Shown one piece after another: positions 60,512 through 64,000 of a stretch of DNA of 64,000 bases; the first letter of the stretch is position 1; each line of letters begins with the position of its first letter. The translations under genes were made by a program, and so were the position numbers. This DNA comes from Phyllosticta citribraziliensis (lineage: Eukaryota). The notes under the pieces are model-generated. The model was not told the origin of the DNA and searched no databases. It worked only from the letters and a program-made list of their open reading frames with translations. Location: positions 62,001-126,000 of the forward strand of contig NW_027117343.1 in NCBI RefSeq assembly GCF_038025025.1. The letters are read 5' to 3'.

Positions 60512-62467
60512 ATGGCGCGCGTGCCCTTTCTGAGTCGGCTGAGGCCATGGCAGTACATCTATCTCGTCTCGAGCCTGCTCCTCGTTGCTCTCGAGAGCTT
60601 TATCCGCATCATAACCCTTGCGCTCCCTGGCCCAGTCATACATCTGTTCTACCGCGCCTCGCGCCGCTCCTTCAATTACCTGTCTTCGCCACAAGGACGC
60701 CGCTCGCGCAACAAGAAAAAGGGCCTGGTCACCTCAATTGCGCAGGCCTCGGATTTCGTCGAGCTCTGCGAGCTGTTTGGATACTATGCCGAGGAGCACA
60801 TTGTGCAGACAGGCGACGGCTATTTGCTTGGTCTACACCGGTTGGGATGCAGGCGGGGCGAGGAAGACATGAGGATCAATTCGGGCCCCGGCAGCATCAA
60901 GAAAAAGGTCGTCTATCTGCACCACGGTCTGATGATGAATAGCGAGGTCTGGGTCTGCTTGTCGGAAAAGGAGCAGTGTCTACCATTTCAATTGGTAGAC
61001 CGGGGCTACGATGTATGGCTGGGGAACAACAGGGGCAACAAGTACTCGAAAAAGTCGACCAACTTTGCGCCGACGGACCCTCAGTTTTGGAACTTTTCCA
61101 TCGACCAATTTGCCTTTCACGACATTCCCGACAGCATCGACTACATCCTCTCCACCACTGGCCAGCCATCGCTTTCCTACATTGGATTCTCTCAGGGGAC
61201 CGCCCAGGCCTTTGCCGCCCTTTCGGTCCACCCCACGCTCAACGACAAGGTGGACTTGTTTATAGCCCTGGCCCCTGCCATGTCTCCCAAGGGCGTCAAC
61301 AGCGGCTTGGTCGATAGCCTTGTCAAGGCCTCTCCCGACTTGCTGTTCCTGGCATTCGGGCGAAAATCGATCCTGAGCAGCACGACCATGTGGCAAGCGA
61401 TTCTGTATCCTCCAATCTTTGTCCGTGTGATTGACCTGTGCCTGTCATTCTTGTTTGGTTGGACGGTCAAGAACATCAGCGCCCACCAGAAGCTCGCTGC
61501 TTACCCGCACCTGTTTTCGTTTTCGAGCACCAAGACGGTGGTCCACTGGTTCCAAATCATTCGCAACGGCACCTTTCAAATGTACGACGACGAGATGCAA
61601 TCGCCCTTGAGGATCACCAACGATGCCAAATATTACAAGGTCGCCAAGTTCCCAACGCGCAATATCAAGACCCCCATCGTCCTTGTTTACGGCGGGAGCG
61701 ACAGCCTGGTGGACATTAAGATCATGCTTAGAGAGCTCCCAAAGCACGCCCAAGCCAAGGAGATCCCGCACTACGAGCACCTCGACTTCCTCTGGGCCGC
61801 CGACGTCGACGACATGGTTTTCCCACACGTCTTTGGCGCTCTCGACAAGTATGCAGGCACCGCCAGCAGCCCATCGCCGTACCGCGTCATGCGCACCCCT
61901 TCAGCAAAGGTGCGCTCGCTCTCGACCGACGACGACAGCCCGCACACGGCGCGCAAGATCTCGGAAAACATCACGTCGGCCTCGACGCTCTCAGCCTCGA
62001 CGCACAACACGGACGGCGCCCAAGACGCCAGCTACGCCGACGCGGCCAAGCGGCCCCCCAGCCCGTTTGGCTCGCCCCTGGCCATCCGCGTCCCCAACGC
62101 CAACAAGCAGCCGCGCAACAGCGCGGAGCGGCCGCCGTCGGAGGGCTCGCAGCGCGACTCGCGCGTGTCGCACAAGAGCACCACGTCGCGGCCCGAGGGG
62201 TGGTGGAGCAGCGACGAGGTGGGCGGCACCGACAGCAGCCCGCCGCCGCCGCCGGCGGGCAAGAGCCCCGGCCGCGCCAGCATGAGCAGCGTGCTCAGCA
62301 GCCGCGAGGGCGGCAGCAAGAGCGAGGCCAAGTTCGGCGAGAAGGGCATCACGCTCGGCATGGGGCGCGCGGTCGGCGGGCTCGTGGGCGGCGAGGCGTT
62401 TGGCAGTACGGGGAGTCCTGGCCGAAATGACGGCACCATCAAGAAGAAAAGCGGCAAGAAGAAGTGA
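60512..62467 (+). CDS. AB-hydrolase lipase / sterol esterase (Tgl1/Yeh/LIPA-like)
   Basis: EEHIVQTGDGYLLGLHR, HHGL, GYDVWLGNNRGNKYS, nucleophile GFSQG, GGSDSL and YEHLDFLWA. N-terminal TM segment and a disordered C-terminal tail. Confidence 0.95.
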   Translation: MARVPFLSRLRPWQYIYLVSSLLLVALESFIRIITLALPGPVIHLFYRASRRSFNYLSSPQGRRSRNKKKGLVTSIAQASDFVELCELFGYYAEEHIVQTGDGYLLGLHRLGCRRGEEDMRINSGPGSIKKKVVYLHHGLMMNSEVWVCLSEKEQCLPFQLVDRGYDVWLGNNRGNKYSKKSTNFAPTDPQFWNFSIDQFAFHDIPDSIDYILSTTGQPSLSYIGFSQGTAQAFAALSVHPTLNDKVDLFIALAPAMSPKGVNSGLVDSLVKASPDLLFLAFGRKSILSSTTMWQAILYPPIFVRVIDLCLSFLFGWTVKNISAHQKLAAYPHLFSFSSTKTVVHWFQIIRNGTFQMYDDEMQSPLRITNDAKYYKVAKFPTRNIKTPIVLVYGGSDSLVDIKIMLRELPKHAQAKEIPHYEHLDFLWAADVDDMVFPHVFGALDKYAGTASSPSPYRVMRTPSAKVRSLSTDDDSPHTARKISENITSASTLSASTHNTDGAQDASYADAAKRPPSPFGSPLAIRVPNANKQPRNSAERPPSEGSQRDSRVSHKSTTSRPEGWWSSDEVGGTDSSPPPPPAGKSPGRASMSSVLSSREGGSKSEAKFGEKGITLGMGRAVGGLVGGEAFGSTGSPGRNDGTIKKKSGKKK

Positions 62468-62689
62468 GAACGGGAAGCGAGAGGACAGCTTTTTTGTCAG
62501 GTTTATGAAGAGCAAGTTTGGCGGTAGTGGTGGTGTTGGTGGTGGTGGTGGCGGTAGTGTCCCTGGCAAGGATAGGGGTAGAAGCAAGGATGCGCGGCGT
62601 GGTGTTGCAGATGCACATGCGGACGCAGATGCCAGTCGTGCTTCTTCGACGCAAACTGCTGCGTCTGGCAGCGCGTCTAGCTCCTAGTT

Positions 62690-62735
62690 TACCTACCTAC
62701 CTTACCTACCTTCCTTCATATCTCCTTACCTTACC
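62690..62735. repeat. (ACCT/ACCTT)n simple repeat
   Basis: acctacctaccttacctacctt... seen directly. Confidence 0.7.
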
Positions 62736-63139
62736 TCATCACTCCCCTTTTCCTCAGCTTCAGCGGCATCACATCAGTTCAGTTCAATGCAGTCCAATCC
62801 AATCCAGGAGCGCCACCCACGTGTTAAACCCCTATCCTATAGCCGCCCACCGTAATGCAGCATAGCAGAGCACAGTGCTCAGGTACCTCACAGGGCACAC
62901 GCGCATGCACGCGCACGCGCTCGAGGCATTCATGCGCGTGCGCGTGCGCATTGACTCTCACGAGTAGGCAGCAGCGGCGGCGGCGGCTTCACTGCCTCCG
63001 CACGCGCCGCTCTTCTGTACACATATAAAGGCTCAGAGTCCGCCGTCTAGAAGAGGGCAAGCGGGCTCAGTGAGTGAATGAGAATTGAGGAGAGGGGAGA
63101 GGCGCGACCGCAATTCAAGTGGTCGGCCGAGTGTTGACT

Positions 63140-63173
63140 TGTTTTGTTTGTTTGGTTGGTTGGTTGGTTGGTT
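63140..63173. repeat. (TTTG)n/(TTGG)n microsatellite
   Basis: gttttgtttgtttggttggttggttggttggtt seen directly. Confidence 0.8.
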
Positions 63174-63906
63174 GCGCTCGCTGGGTTGATGAGGGAGTGA
63201 GTGAGTGCTGGATTGTACCTAGGTTATGAGGAAGGTGGGTAGCAGTGTTGTTGTTTAATGGTGGGGTTCATGTTAATGTTGTGTGGTGGGCGTTGACGTT
63301 GTAGTATTATAGCGCGTGAAGAGTTTTTGTGTTTTTGATGTGGAGAAGGGAGGGAACGAGGGAGGCAGACGAATTGAATGTAGCTCGAGGGAGAAGAGGA
63401 AAGGGAACGTGTAGATGTTTTGATAGGCGTCTTCTAGAGGCGACTATTACAGCTTCTACAAGACTTTTTGCCGCCGGTGATGTGCGTACGGTAGCTACAT
63501 ACGCCACACTTCTACTTCCAGCTGCGTCGCTTACGCGCCGCTACCGTGGTGCAGTCTGTAGGACCAAAAGGAGGGGAGTTGTGCCAATGCTTTGCTTACT
63601 GCCCGCCCCGCCCGCTGCAAACCCCTCAAAGCTTCAAAGTTTTTGTACGTGCGCGGTTCGTCTGGTTCATACGAGGCGCGCGCCTACATCTCGTCCCCAT
63701 GTCCATCGCCTCTGCGCTTTTTGCCGAATAGAATGCCTCAACGCCGTTCCAATGCCGTTCTTATGTGTAAAATGTGATCAGCCGCGGAGTTCTGAATCTC
63801 CGCGGAGTCGTCGCTTTGTACAATTCTCTGCTTTCGGCAGACGCGGTGGCAGGCGGACTACCATCTGTGCCGTGCCGGCTTGCTCTGCTCCGCTCGGCTG
63901 GCCAGC

Positions 63907-64000
63907 TCACCATGGCCACCATGAACTCTTCTTTTCGCTCGGCTGTGGCGCTGGCGGCGCCTGTGGTTGCGCTTCCGGGCTTTGCTGCGTGTCCTGAGGG
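63907..64000 (-). CDS. 3' end of a gene running off the window (ends ...PSEKKSSWWPW*)
   Basis: Open frame from the window edge, PQDTQQSPEAQPQAPPAPQPSEKKSSWWPW-TGA. KSSWWPW-like tails are typical of several fungal mitochondrial proteins. Confidence 0.55.
   Translation of the reverse strand, partial: PQDTQQSPEAQPQAPPAPQPSEKKSSWWPW

Overview
This is eukaryotic DNA from a filamentous ascomycete (Pezizomycotina; GT-AG introns with CTRAC branch sites), so most real genes are spliced and most ORF-track entries are antisense shadows. Four blocks are visible. (1) 0.5-5.4 kb: three tandem, divergent C2H2-type zinc-finger genes that share an intron position. (2) 6-25 kb: mostly core genes (nudE, an ANT1-like carrier, TRS20, MRPL31, DBP9) plus a large HeLo-like / pseudokinase / trypsin-like protease fusion gene. 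(3) About 25-56 kb: an accessory-looking, intron-rich block built largely of head-to-head pairs. It holds an AAA+ ATPase facing a degenerate STAND/NACHT-like gene with an apparent nonsense codon, two paralogous 8-Cys small secreted proteins, tRNA-Gly(GCC), two DUF6590-like paralogues, a PL4 rhamnogalacturonan lyase, a DUF3431-like membrane protein and a secreted carboxylesterase. (4) 57-64 kb: a small Cys-rich Zn-binding protein, a lipase/sterol esterase and the 3' end of another gene. No transposase, recombinase, RIP-degraded repeat or CRISPR array was seen. Exon models were built by eye and family assignments come from motif recognition, not database searches.
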